A DNA stretch of 64,000 nucleotides from Eledone cirrhosa (Eukaryota): contig OZ024761.1 of assembly GCA_964016885.1 (NCBI GenBank), forward strand, positions 8,742,001 to 8,806,000, in the 5' to 3' direction. Every line of letters begins with the position of its first letter. Position 1 is the first letter of the stretch. Below, one piece after another: positions 1 to 14,981 of the stretch. Both the position numbers and the translations under genes were made by a program. Under the pieces are notes generated by a model. That model worked only from the letters and a program-made list of their open reading frames with translations. It was not told the origin of the DNA and searched no databases.

Positions 1-78
1 CTTACAGGGTCGATAAAATAAAGTACCAGTAATACACTGGGTAATTGCTGGCCTTGTGCCTAACATAGAAACAATTAC
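1..78 (+). mobile_element. 3' part of tRNA-derived SINE family B (Nin/Deu-domain-like)
   Basis: GGGTCGATAAAATAAAGTACCAGTAAT..CTGGGTAATTGCTGGCCTTGTGCC matches the fuller copies at 41292-41470 and 53622-53800. Confidence 0.75.
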
Positions 79-107
79 TATATATATATATATATATATA
101 TACACAA

Positions 108-141
<34 letters not shown>

Positions 142-216
142 CATCTCCAACCAGATCTATCATGAATGTAGTATATATAATTTGCCTCTCATTTACCATA
201 TATCTATATATATATC

Positions 217-620
217 ACGGGCTGGGTGCTTTTTGTTGTGTCACCTACACGACCACATACTAAATAGGGCTCAACTTTTACACGAGTCATTTCATTTTAC
301 GTCCGCTTTTCCCTGCTTGCAAGGGTGGGACGGGAACTGATTCTGGCTTGATTTCTACAGCTGGATGCCCTTCCTAACACCAACCTCATTTACAGTGAGT
401 GCTGGGTGCTTTTTTGCCGTGGCACCTCCACGACCACTTTGCAGTGGAATGATAGGGACTGGGGTCCCTATCATCTCATTTCTACAGCTGAGTAAACTGG
501 AGCAATGTGAAATAAAGTGTCTTGCTCAAGGAGACAACACATCACCCGGTCTGAGAATTGAACACACAACCTTTCGATTGTAAGGCCAATGCTCTAACCA
601 CTAAGCCATGTGCCTCCCGA
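217..620 (-). mobile_element. tRNA-derived SINE family A (CORE-like centre, RTE-type 3' tail)
   Basis: Reverse complement of the copies at 5934-6360 and 54063-54410; A box TGGCTTAGTGG and CCTTGAGCAAGACACTT core. Confidence 0.85.
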
Positions 621-678
621 GTATATATGATAATTAATTAGTAATCAATATTTGTATTTGTTCTTCCTCAATTTACAG

Positions 679-819
679 GAGAAATACACTTGTACTCGAC
701 TTGGTCAACATCCCGCAGAGAATACATTTCTAGCCCAGAGTCAGGGAGGCTACATTGCTTTATTTTCTTCTAAAACACCTTTCAAGATGGAAAAATCTAG
801 GAGATTTGAGAAACATAAG
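679..819 (+). CDS. WDR25: WD repeat-containing protein 25, penultimate coding exon
   Basis: tttacag|GAG acceptor and AAG|gtctgt donor, 141 nt, phase 0. EKYTCTRLGQHPAENTFLAQSQGGYIALFS..RRFEKHK resembles recalled WDR25 (ERFTC..[28 protein letters not shown]). Confidence 0.88.
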
Positions 820-889
820 GTCTGTACCCTCTTTGCTGACTTCCAGATTAACACATTTGCTGTGTGTATGTGTAAGTGTAATTCAAAGT

Positions 890-3800
890 GAAGGTACATA
901 ACTCAGTGGTTAGGGATTGGGGCTCATGATCATAAAGATGTGTCGGATTCCTGGATGGGGAGGGGAGTCCACTGTGTCCTTGAGCAAGACACTTTATTTC
1001 ACATTGCTCCAGTCCACTGTGTCCTTCAGCAAGACACTTTATTTCATGTTGCTCCAGTCCACTGTGTCCTTGAGCAAGACACTTTATTTCATGTTCCTCC
1101 AGCCCACTGTGTCCTTGAACAAGACACTTTATTTCACGTTGCTCCAGTCCACTGTGTCCTTGAGCAAGACACTTTATTTCACATTACTCCAGTCCACTGT
1201 GTCCTTGAGCAAGACACTTTATTTCACATTGCTCCAGTCCACTGTGTCCTTCAGCAAGACACTTTATTTCACGTTGCTCCAGTCCACTGTGTCCTTGAAC
1301 AAGACACTTTATTTCACGTTACTCCAGTCCACTGTGTCCTTCAGCAAGACACTTTATTTCACATTGCTCCAGTCCACTGTGTCCTTCAGCAAGTCACTTT
1401 ATTTCACGTTGCTCCAGTCCACTGTGTCCTTGAGCAAGACACTTTATTTCACATTGCTCCAGTCCACTGTGTCCTTCAGCAAGACACTTTATTTCACGTT
1501 GCTCCAGTCCACTGTGTCCTTGAACAAGACACTTTATTTCACATTGCTCCAGTCCACTGTGTCCTTGAGCAAGACACTTTATTTCATGTTGCTCCAGTCC
1601 ATTGTGTCCTTCAGCAAGACACTTTATTTCACGTTGCTCCAGTCCACTGTGTCCTTCAGCAAGACACTTTATTTCACATTACTCCAGTCCACTGTGTCCT
1701 TGAGCAAGACACTTTATTTCATGTTGCTCCAGTCCACTGTGTCCTTCAGCAAGACACTTTATTTCACATTACTCCAGTCCACTGTGTCCTTGAGCAAGAC
1801 ACTTTATTTCACATTGCTCCAGTCCACTGTGTCCTTGAGCAAGACACTTTATTTCACGTTGCTCCAGTCCACTGTGTCCTTCAGCAAGTCACTTTATTTC
1901 ACGTTGCTCCAGTCCACTGTGTCCTTGAGCAAGACACTTTATTTCACATTGCTCCAGTCCACTGTGTCCTTCAGCAAGACACTTTATTTCACATTGCTCC
2001 AGTCCACTGTGTCCTTGAACAAGACACTTTATTTCATGTTGCTCCAGTCCACTGTGTCCTTGAACAAGACACTTTATTTCATGTTGCTCCAGTCCACTGT
2101 GTCCTTCAGCAAGTCACTTTATTTCATGTTGCTCCAGTCCACTGTGTCCTTGAACAAGACACTTTATTTCATGTTGCTCCAGTCCACTGTGTCCTTGAAC
2201 AAGACACTTTATTTCATGTTGCTCCAGTCCACTGTGTCCTTGAACAAGACACTTTATTTCATGTTGCTCCAGTCCACTGTGTCCTTGAACAAGACACTTT
2301 ATTTCATGTTGCTCCACTCCACTGTGTCCTTGAGCAAGACACTTTATTTCATGTTGCTCCAGTCCACTGTGTCCTTGAGCAAGACACTTTATTTCATGTT
2401 GCTCCAGTCCACTGTGTCCTTGAGCAAGACACTTTATTTCATGTTGCTCCAGTCCACTGTGTCCTTGAACAAGACACTTTATTTCATGTTGCTCCAGTCC
2501 ACTGTGTCCTTGAACAAGACACTTTATTTCATGTTGCTCCAGTCCACTGTGTCCTTGAACAAGACACTTTATTTCATGTTGCTCCACTCCACTGTGTCCT
2601 TGAGCAAGACACTTTATTTCATGTTGCTCCAGTCCACTGTGTCCTTGAGCAAGACACTTTATTTCATGTTGCTCCAGTCCACTGTGTCCTTGAGCAAGAC
2701 ACTTTATTTCATGTTGCTCCAGTCCACTGTGTCCTTGAACAAGACACTTTATTTCATGTTGCTCCAGTCCACTGTGTCCTTGAACAAGACACTTTATTTC
2801 ATGTTGCTCCAGTCCACTGTGTCCTTGAGCAAGACACTTTATTTCATGTTGCTCCAGTCCACTGTGTCCTTGAGCAAGACACTTTATTTCATGTTGCTCC
2901 AGTCCACTGTGTCCTTGAACAAGACACTTTATTTCATGTTGCTCCAGTCCACTGTGTCCTTGAACAAGACACTTTATTTCATGTTGCTCCAGTCCACTGT
3001 GTCCTTGAACAAGACACTTTATTTCATGTTGCTCCAGTCCACTGTGTCCTTGAGCAAGACACTTTATTTCATGTTGCTCCAGTCCACTGTGTCCTTCAGC
3101 AAGACACTTTATTTCACATTGCTCCACTCCACTGTGTCCTTCAGCAAGTCACTTTATTTCACATTACTCCAGTCCACTGTGTCCTTCAGCCAGACACTTT
3201 ATTTCACATTGCTCCACTCCACTGTGTCCTTCAGCAAGTCACTTTATTTCACATTGCTCCAGTCCACTGTGTCCTTCAGCAAGACACTTTATTTCACGTT
3301 GCTCCAGTCCACTGTGTCCTTCAGCAAGTCACTTTATTTCACATTACTCCAGTCCACTGTGTCCTTCAGCAAGACACTTTATTTCACATTACTCCACTCC
3401 ACTGTGTCCTTGAGCAAGACACTTTATTTCACGTTGCTCCAGTCCACTGTGTCCTTCAGCAAGACACTTTATTTCACATTACTCCACTCCACTGTGTCCT
3501 TGAGCCAGACACTTTATTTCACGTTGCTCCAGTCCACTGTGTCCTTCAGCAAGACACTTTATTTCACATTACTCCACTCCACTGTGTCCTTGAGCAAGAC
3601 ACTTTATTTCACGTTGCTCCACTCCACTGTGTCCTTGAGCAAGACACTTTATTTCACGTTGCTCCACTCCACTGTGTCCTTCAGCAAGACACTTTATTTC
3701 ACGTTGCTCCAGTCCACTGTGTCCTTGAGCAAGACACTTTATTTCACGTTGCTCCACTCCACTGTGTCCTTGAGCAAGACACTTTATTTCACGTTGCTCC

Positions 3801-5697
3801 ACTCCATAGTGTCCTTCAGCAAGACACTTTATTTCACATTACTCCAGTCCATAGTGTCCTTCAGCAAGTCACTTTATTTCACATTGCTCCAGTCCACTGT
3901 GTCCTTCAGCAAGACACTTTATTTCACATTACTCCAGTCCACTGTGTCCTTGAGCAAGTCACTTTATTTCACATTGCTCCAGTCTACTGTGTCCTTCAGC
4001 AAGACACTTTATTTCACATTACTCCAGTCCACTGTGTCCTTGAGCAAGACACTTTATTTCACGTTGATCCAGTCCACTGTGTCCTTCAGCAAGACACTTT
4101 ATTTCACATTACTCCAGTCCACTGTGTCCTTGAGCAAGACACTTTATTTCACGTTGATCCAGTCCACTGTGTCCTTCAGCAAGACACTTTATTTCACATT
4201 GCTCCACTCCACTGTGTCCTTCAGCAAGTCATTTTATTTCACATTGCTCCAGTCCACTGTGTCCTTCAGCAAGTCACTTTATTTCACATTGCTCCACTCC
4301 ACTGTGTCCTTCAGCAAGTCATTTTATTTCACATTGCTCCAGTCCACTGTGTCCTTCAGCAAGACACTTTATTTCACATTGCTCCACTCCACTGTGTCCT
4401 TCAGCAAGTCATTTTATTTCACATTGCTCCACTCCACTGTGTCCTTCAGCAAGTCACTTTATTTCACATTACTCCAGTCTACTGTGTCCTTCAGCAAGTC
4501 ATTTTATTTCACATTGCTCCAGTCCACTGTGTCCTTCAGCAAGTCACTTTATTTCACATTACTCCAGTCTACTGTGTCCTTCAGCAAGTCATTTTATTTC
4601 ACATTGCTCCAGTCCACTGTGTCCTTGAGCAAGTCACTTTATTTCACATTGCTCCAGTCTACTGTGTCCTTCAGCAAGTCATTTTATTTCACATTACTCC
4701 AGTCCACTGTGTCCTTCAGCAAGACACTTTATTTCACGTTGCTCCAGTCCACTGTGTCCTTCAGCAAGTCACTTTATTTCACGTTGCTCCAGTCCACTGT
4801 ATCCTTCAGCAAGACACTTTATTTCACATTACTCCAGTCCACTGTGTCCTTCAGCAAGTCACTTTATTTCACGTTGCTCCAGTCCACTGTGTCCTTCAGC
4901 AAGACACTTTATTTCACATTACTCCAGTCCACTGTGTCCTTGAGCAAGTCACTTTATTTCACATTGCTCCAGTCCACTGTGTCCTTCAGCAAGTCACTTT
5001 ATTTCACATTGCTCCAGTCAACTGTGTCCTTGAGCAAGTCACTTTATTTCACATTGCTCCAGTCCACTGTGTCCTTCAGCAAGTCACTTTATTTCACATT
5101 ACTCCAGTCCACTGTATCCTTCAGCAAGACACTTTATTTCACATTACTCCAGTCCATTGTGTCCTTCAGCAAGACACTTTATTTCACATTACTCCAGTCC
5201 ACTGTGTCCTTCAGCAAGTCACTTTATTTCACATTGCTCCAGTCTACTGTGTCCTTGAGCAAGACACTTTATTTCACATTACTCCAGTCCATTGTGTCCT
5301 TCAGCAAGACACTTTATTTCACATTGCTCCAGTCCATTGTGTCCTTCAGCAAGACACTTTATTTCACATTACTCCAGTCCATTGTGTCCTTCAGCAAGAC
5401 ACTTTATTTCACATTGCTCCAGTCCATTGTGTCCTTCAGCAAGACACTTTATTTCACATTACTCCAGTCCACTGCAAGACACTTTATTTCACATTACTCC
5501 AGTCCATTGTGTCCTTCAGCAAGACACTTTATTTCACATTACTCCAGTCCATTGTGTCCTTCAGCAAGACACTTTATTTCACATTACTCCAGTCCATTGT
5601 GTCCTTCAGCAAGACACTTTATTTCACGTTGCTCCAGTCCACTGCAAGACACTTTATTTCACATTGCTCCAGTCCACTGTGTCCTTGAGCAAGACAG
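890..5697 (+). repeat. 45-bp minisatellite (~105 copies) expanded from the core of a family A SINE
   Basis: Unit ACTGTGTCCTTGAGCAAGACACTTTATTTCACATTGCTCCAGTCC, preceded by a degenerate SINE head at ~890-965; the same core occurs at 6019-6055. Confidence 0.95.
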
Positions 5698-5933
5698 TTA
5701 GCACCAACCACATTTATGATGTGGACTGGGTGCTTTTTGTCATAGCACCCAAATTACCAACTGATAGGTTGGACTTTCATCATCATCATTTAATGTTTAT
5801 CTTCCATGCTAGCATGGGTTAGACAGGAATTGTCCCACTTGAGGCATTTATATATATATATATACATATATATTATATTTTTATATATATACACATCATA
5901 TATATTTTTTATATTATATATATACATATATAT

Positions 5934-6360
5934 GGAGGCACATGGCTTAGTGGTTAGCGCACTGGCCTTGCAATCGAAAGGTTGTGAGTTCAATTCTCAG
6001 ACCGGGTGATGTGTTGTTTCCTTGAGCAAGACACTTTATTTCACATTGCTCCAGTTTTACTCAGCTGTAGAAATGAGATGATAGGGACTGGGGTCCCTAT
6101 CATTCCACTGCAAAGTGGTCGTGGAGGTGCCACGACCAAACAAGCACCCAGCCCACACTGTAAAGTGGTCGTGTAGGTGCCACGGCAAAAAAGCACCCAG
6201 CTCACACTGTAGAGTGGTCGTCGAGGTGCCACGGCAAAAAAGCACCCAGCACTCACTGTAAATGAGGTTGGTGTTAGGAAGGGCATCCAGCTGTAGAAAT
6301 CAAGCCAGAATCAGTTCCCATCCCACCTTTGTAAGCAGGGAAAAGTGGACGTAAAATGAA
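5934..6360 (+). mobile_element. Full-length tRNA-derived SINE family A
   Basis: GGAGGCACATGGCTTAGTGG (A box), GAGTTCAATTC (B box), core, internal ~45-bp repeats, tail GGACGTAAAATGAA. Confidence 0.88.
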
Positions 6361-7154
6361 ATTAAATGAAATATATTTTATATATATACATATATTATAT
6401 TTTATATATATATATCACCATCATCATCATCATCATTTAGTGTTCATTTTCTACGCTAGCATGAGTTGGACAGGCTGTCCTTTTGTGAGAGTTTTGGTTG
6501 GAGGACTGTTTTGCTCACGCTGAGCTAATTTTGATTTGATTTGCCCTTCCTAATGCCCACCACATCTATTGAGTATGGTGGGTGATTTTAGTCGTGACAC
6601 CTATACTATCATTCTACAGCATAGACTGGGCAGTTTTTGTTGTCGCCAACATGACCCCTTTACAGTGTGGGCTGGAGGCTTCACTGGATGAACACTTCGG
6701 CTTGTCCTTATGGTAGTGGGTGGGGGAGATGCATATTATATATATATATATATATATATATACATGCATACTATATATATATATATATATATATATATGC
6801 ATACTATATATATATATATACATGCATACTATATATATATATACATGCATACTATATATATATATATATATATATACATGCATACTATATATATATATAT
6901 ATATACATGCATACTATATATATATACACACACATTTATATATTATATTATATAATATAATATATATATATATGTATTATATATACATTTACATACTTAC
7001 ATATATTTTTTTTATATATCATCACCATTTAACGTCCATTTTTCCACACTAGGATGGGTTAGATGAATAATTATATATACATATATTTTATATATAAATA
7101 TATATACACACACATATATATATATCCACATATATATTATATTTTTAATTGCAG

Positions 7155-7376
7155 TTAATGGGTTACAAGATTGGTTTTGACATTTCTTCAGATGGCCGAT
7201 TTGTAAGTAGTGGTAGTTCCGATGGTAAAGTTTATACGTACCACTTCTATAACGGTTCTATGATGAAGACTCTTTATACTGGCTTCAATGTTAGCATGGA
7301 TATCGCATACCATCCTGTTTTGCCCAGTACATTAGCCTGTTGCAGTTTGGATGGTGAAATACAAATTTGGCATTAA
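7155..7376 (+). CDS. WDR25: WD repeat-containing protein 25, last coding exon
   Basis: ttgcag| acceptor in phase 0. LMGYKIGFDISSDGRFVSSGSSDGKV..YHPVLPSTLACCSLDGEIQIWH* matches the WDR25 C-terminus (..YHPVLPSVLATCSW..IWH*); AATAAA near 8065 and 8162. Confidence 0.9.
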   Translation, partial: LMGYKIGFDISSDGRFVSSGSSDGKVYTYHFYNGSMMKTLYTGFNVSMDIAYHPVLPSTLACCSLDGEIQIWH

Positions 7377-7544
7377 AGAGAGACTCACCCCACCAAGCAA
7401 GACCCGCCCGAGACCTTGTTTATATGGTGAACAAAATGTATGATAGTTATATCACACCATAGACACCACAACCACCACCCAATCCCATCATCTGATGATT
7501 TCATCACAATTTATTTATCTAAAAGTCTAAAGTCTGTCTTGAGC

Positions 7545-8040
7545 CTAGAGACATATCAGGTCAGAACTTATCCTAGTTTCTGTTGCATGAAACAACTGAG
7601 AGTACAAAACTACCCTCCTTAGACAGGATGCCAGTCCATAGCAGAGTTAAAGTCTGTCCAAAGCCTCCAGAGACTTATGAGGCCAATGCTAATCCTAGTT
7701 TCTGTTGTGTGAAGTGACAGAGGACAAGACTTTTCCCTGGACAGGACGCCAGTCCATAGCATGGTTAAAGTCTGTCTCATCAGGTTGGTGCTAATCCCAG
7801 TTTCCTTGACGTGAAGTGACTGAGAGTACAAACAAGACTTCCCCCTGGACAGAACGCCAGTCTATCACATGGTTAAGCTCCCCAGCTACTGCTGCTGGTA
7901 TTAATTTTTAGCTGGGTATACTGGGGCAACATGAAATGAAGTGTTTTACTCAAGAACACAATGCTCCACCCAGTCCAAGAAGAATCAAACCCACAACATT
8001 ATAATCATATGTCAAACACCTTCACCAGGCCACAAACCTT
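7545..8040 (-). mobile_element. Degenerate SINE with a triplicated 3' segment, in the presumed WDR25 3' UTR
   Basis: Three copies of CCTAGTTTCTGT..GACAGGACGCCAGTCCATAGC, then an antisense CORE-like and tRNA-head segment. Confidence 0.55.
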
Positions 8041-8649
8041 CACACAATTTATTCATATAATCAAATAAACAGCATAAAAAGATCTGAGAAAGAAAAAAAA
8101 GGTTAAAAAAAACCCCAAAAGAATAGAACATATAAAAAAAACAAAAACAATATCAAGTGTAAATAAAGACATCAAACCAGTGAGAAGCTACAAGGTGTCA
8201 TATATTTTATTTGAATTTTTGGTTGACTGATTTTCAGCATTTAAAACATAAATTAAAAGTTTGTAAGTTTGTCCCTCAGTACTGTGTCACCGCAGTGTTG
8301 ACAGACAAGTCAGTATTTGGTTTGATTTGATGATCATATTTTTTTTCTTTACACAGGGGCGGGGTAAATATTTACATGTCCTTGGCAAAAATCTGCTTTT
8401 CTTTACACTGGACTAAATATTTATATGTATTTTGCAAAATTCAGCTTTTTTTTCCTATATTAAAGTAAAAAGTTTATAAGCCTCTTGCAAAAATGTATAT
8501 AAATTTTTTACTTTAATGTCTTTTTTTCCTACATAGTTACAATTTACACTCCTTCGCAAAAATCTGCTCTTTTTTTTTGTGGGAAATGAAGGCATGGGTT
8601 TCTTATTAAAAGTTTCAATTTCTTTTACACATACACACATTTGTACATT

Positions 8650-8815
8650 AAACCCCGAGCAAGATGGCTAGACAACATCCTTGTGTTTGGCTGATCTCGG
8701 GGGGGGGGGGGGGGGATCCTGTCAAATTAGTTGGAGACTAGGTTGCTTCTGACAGGACCAGCTGGAAGAAGTGTTTGAGAAGTACTCTGCCCCCACAACC
8801 CTCTCAGGAATAAGT
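8650..8815 (+). mobile_element. LINE (RTE-like) ORF C-terminal remnant
   Basis: PRARWLDNI..VASDRTSWKKCLRS..PPQPSQE*; a related segment lies at ~10330-10400. Confidence 0.55.
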
Positions 8816-9234
8816 GATGACAGTAGATGACATATGGAGGGTGTGGTGGGTGTAGGTTTGTACAAAGACATGACTGTAAATAGATATGATTGCCTTATAG
8901 TCATAAAGTTCCTTCCCTGTTCTACCAACTTAACTGTGTGGGAATGGTGATGGTGGTGGTAGTGACATCTCCAGAGATGAAAAGCAACAATAATAATGGT
9001 TTTTAATTTAGGCACAAAACCAATAAATTTTGGGTGGAGAGGGCAAGTTGATAAAAATAGATATACCAGTTGACAATTGTAGATATAGCAGTAGATAATA
9101 TATTAAGGCTACAGTATGGCCATAACCTGTTATTTCCATCAATAATCAATGGACAGATCAATAACCAATCACAGGTGTAACTGTTATCAAATATGTGACA
9201 CAGCATGGCTAAATCTCATTACAATGAATCAATC

Positions 9235-10025
9235 ATCATCGTTTAACAACAACTTTCCACGCTAGCATGGATGCACTTCCTAACACCAACTTCATTTACA
9301 GTGAGTGCTGGGTGCTTATTGTCATGACACCTACAGGACCACTTTCCTGTGTGGGCTGGGTGCTTATTGTCATGACACCTACACAACCACTTTACAGTGT
9401 GGGCTGGGTGCTTATTGTCATGACACCTACACAACCACTTTACAGTGTGGGCTGGGTGCTTATTGTCATGACACCTACACAACCACTTTACAGTGTGGGC
9501 TGGGTGCTTATTGTCATGACACCTACATGACCACTTTACTGTTGTGACACCTACAGGACCACTTTACTGTGGGCTGGGTGCTTATTGTCATGACACCTAC
9601 ACAACCACTTTACAGTGTGGGCTGGGTGCTTATTGTCATGACACCTACATGACCACTTTACTGTTGTGACACCTACAGGACCACTTTACTGTGGGCTGGG
9701 TGCTTATTGTCATGACACCTACACAACCACTTTACTGTATGTAGGCTGGGTGCTTAACGTCGTAACACCTACACGACCACTTTACTGTGGGCTGGGTGCT
9801 TATTGTCATGACACCTACAGGACCACTTTACTGTGGGCTGGGTGCTTAATGTCATGACACCTACACGACCACTTTACAGTGTGGGCTGGGTGGTTATTGT
9901 CGTAACACCTACAGGAACACTTTACAGTGTGGGCTGGGTGGTTATTGTCGTAACACCTACAGGAACACTTTACAGTGTGGGCTGGGTGGTTATTGTCGTA
10001 ACACCTACAGGAACACTTTACAGGT
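9235..10025 (-). repeat. ~45-bp tandem repeats derived from the SINE family A body
   Basis: Unit GTGGGCTGGGTGCTTATTGTCATGACACCTACACAACCACTTTACAGT, preceded by the antisense SINE/RTE tail (catcatcatcgtttaac..ttccacgctagcatgg). Confidence 0.85.
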
Positions 10026-10459
10026 GCAAACTGTTTATAAAATAAATATTTATCCAATTCAGCCAGTTGTGAGAAGGGTGGGTGGGTGACACATCAGTGC
10101 TTTCATACTTTCTTTTTCTCATTCTCATCTAAATGGTGGTGTTGATGGTAGGTGGTAGTGTGGGAGGTGGTGGTAGTGTTGATGGTGGGAGGGTTGTGGT
10201 GGTGGTAGAGGGGATGCAGCAGAGGAGTGAATAATGCAGATATCCCTTTCTGGATCCCATCCAAATAGCCGATGTACAAATTGACCCCAATATTCAACTG
10301 GCATTTTGTTTATCAGCCTCATCTGATCAATTGAAGTCAGTTGCTTCTGACGGGACCCGCTGGAAGGAGTGTTTGAGGACTCAGCACCCCCACCACCGCC
10401 ATGACCACTTCCAACCGAATGGAAAGTTGCAAAGCTGGCGTAAACAGAACAGAGCGCAG

Positions 10460-13189
<2,730 letters not shown>

Positions 13190-13389
13190 NNNNNNNNNNN
13201 NNNNNNNNNNNNNNNNNNNNNNNNNNNNNNNNNNNNNNNNNNNNNNNNNNNNNNNNNNNNNNNNNNNNNNNNNNNNNNNNNNNNNNNNNNNNNNNNNNNN
13301 NNNNNNNNNNNNNNNNNNNNNNNNNNNNNNNNNNNNNNNNNNNNNNNNNNNNNNNNNNNNNNNNNNNNNNNNNNNNNNNNNNNNNNNNN
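13190..13389. other. Assembly gap (200 N)
   Basis: Run of N. Confidence 1.
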
Positions 13390-14185
13390 CTCATTGACAA
13401 TATGTTTTATAAACATTTCTTTCACTGAAGAAAGGAACACTTCATGGTTTGGTCCGTTTAGAAAGCGCAAGAGACAGTCAATTGACCGTTTCCCCAGACA
13501 CACCTGACCCAAGCAGTACTTGATGCAGTCTTTGCTGAGATCGTTGTAGCTGTGTAGTACAGCTGCATTATAAAATGTATCCACTGTTTTCTCATCTAGG
13601 TAGCACTGGAAAATGACACAGGCAAGATACTTCCGTAGTTTGTCCAGCATGTAGCGGTCGGTGAGGCCCATTATGTTGAGAAGGTCGTTCCTGGTCAGTT
13701 TGTTCTTTGGCCAGTTAAGCTGTTGGATAGTGACACACTTGAGACTGCAACCATGTAGATAGTGGACGATGACCTCTAGAGCTTGTGGGGTCGTGTAGCC
13801 AATCTTGACTTCGTGTGTCTCGGCCTCCACAAAATCACTGAGAAACATCGCACTGAACACTTCCGACCGACTCGTCACAGCTTCCTGATTGACAAGTATC
13901 TTTTTGCCGTTGTCCGTCACAAAGGCTGTGTTTCTCTTTGTGTTACTCAAGCAGCAGTCTTGTGTGTCCGAGGAAGAGTTATTTCCAGGCAACGCCTGTT
14001 TAGGATAGGCCAGTTGTCTGTCTATGGTCTGTAAAGTAGTCGTTACGTTGAGGTGACGAGACAAGTAATTCAGACCCAATATAACAACCTTCGATAAATA
14101 ACTCTCCGGTTCATTTTTTATGATGTTCAGCAACAGATCAAAACCACGAAACTGCACTAACAATTTTTCTTGGACATTTCGGCAT
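13390..14185 (-). CDS. ARMC5: Armadillo repeat-containing protein 5, exon 6 (BTB/POZ domain); the stop codon falls in the gap
   Basis: ttttttcttctag| acceptor, phase 2. BTB-like TAFVTDNGKKILVNQEAVTSRSEVFSAMFLSDFVEAE..VHYLHGC..TDRYMLDKL. Confidence 0.88.
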
Positions 14186-14329
14186 CTAGAAGAAAAAAAC
14201 ATACATAAGACAAACATTAAGTTTATTGATTAACCTTTCTAAGATTATATTTCTAGTGAAAGACACTGGACCTCAAACCATTTCTCTTCACATTTATCAC
14301 TGGTTCTACTCCTATCATTCTTCCTTCAA

Positions 14330-14900
14330 ACATCAACACATGACCCAACCATCTCATTCCTCTTCACAACATTCATTACTGGCTCTCTACTCTCACCCTG
14401 TCACTTTCATCCTTCCCCAACACATGACCCAACCATCTCATTCCATTTCTCTTTACAACATTCATTACTGGCTCTCTACTCCTCTCACCCTGTCACTTTC
14501 ATCCTTCCTCAACACATGACCCAACCATCTCATTCCATTTCTCTTCACAACATTCATCACTGGCTCTCTACTACTCTCACCCTGTCACTTTCATCCTTCC
14601 TCAACACATGACCCAACCATCTCATTCCATTTCTCTTCACAACATTCATTACTGGCTCTCTACTCCTCTCACCCTGTCACTTTCATCCTTCCTCAACACA
14701 TGACCCAACCATCTCATTCCATTTCTCTTCACAACATTCATCACTGGCTCTCTACTACTCTCACCCTGTCACTTTCATCCTTCCTCAACACATGACCCAA
14801 CCATCTCATTCCATTTCTCTTCACAACATTCATCACTGGCTCTCTACTTCTCTCACCCTGTCACTTTCATCCTTCCTCAACACATGACCTAGCCATCTCA
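14330..14900. repeat. 92-bp minisatellite (~6 copies) in ARMC5 intron 5
   Basis: AACACATGACCCAACCATCTC recurs at 14511, 14603 and 14695. Confidence 0.92.
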
Positions 14901-14981
14901 TATTCAACAGCCCCACTCATGCTAGTGCAGGATTTGTAGAAAGGAAGAAAATGGATGTGAATGAATCAGTTTCTTACTTAC

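Noticed and set aside
917-5701. 1594-aa and 1582-aa ORFs
   Set aside because: Stop-free frames of a 45-bp SINE-derived minisatellite inside a WDR25 intron
5934-6010. tRNA gene
   Set aside because: A and B boxes belong to a SINE head; no complete cloverleaf and it continues into the SINE body
10125-10434. Possible extra terminal ARMC5 exon (acceptor at 10435, [12 protein letters not shown])
   Set aside because: Part of it is the antisense of a LINE 3' remnant also present at 8730-8800, and it has no recognisable ARMC5 similarity; it cannot be fully excluded because of the gap
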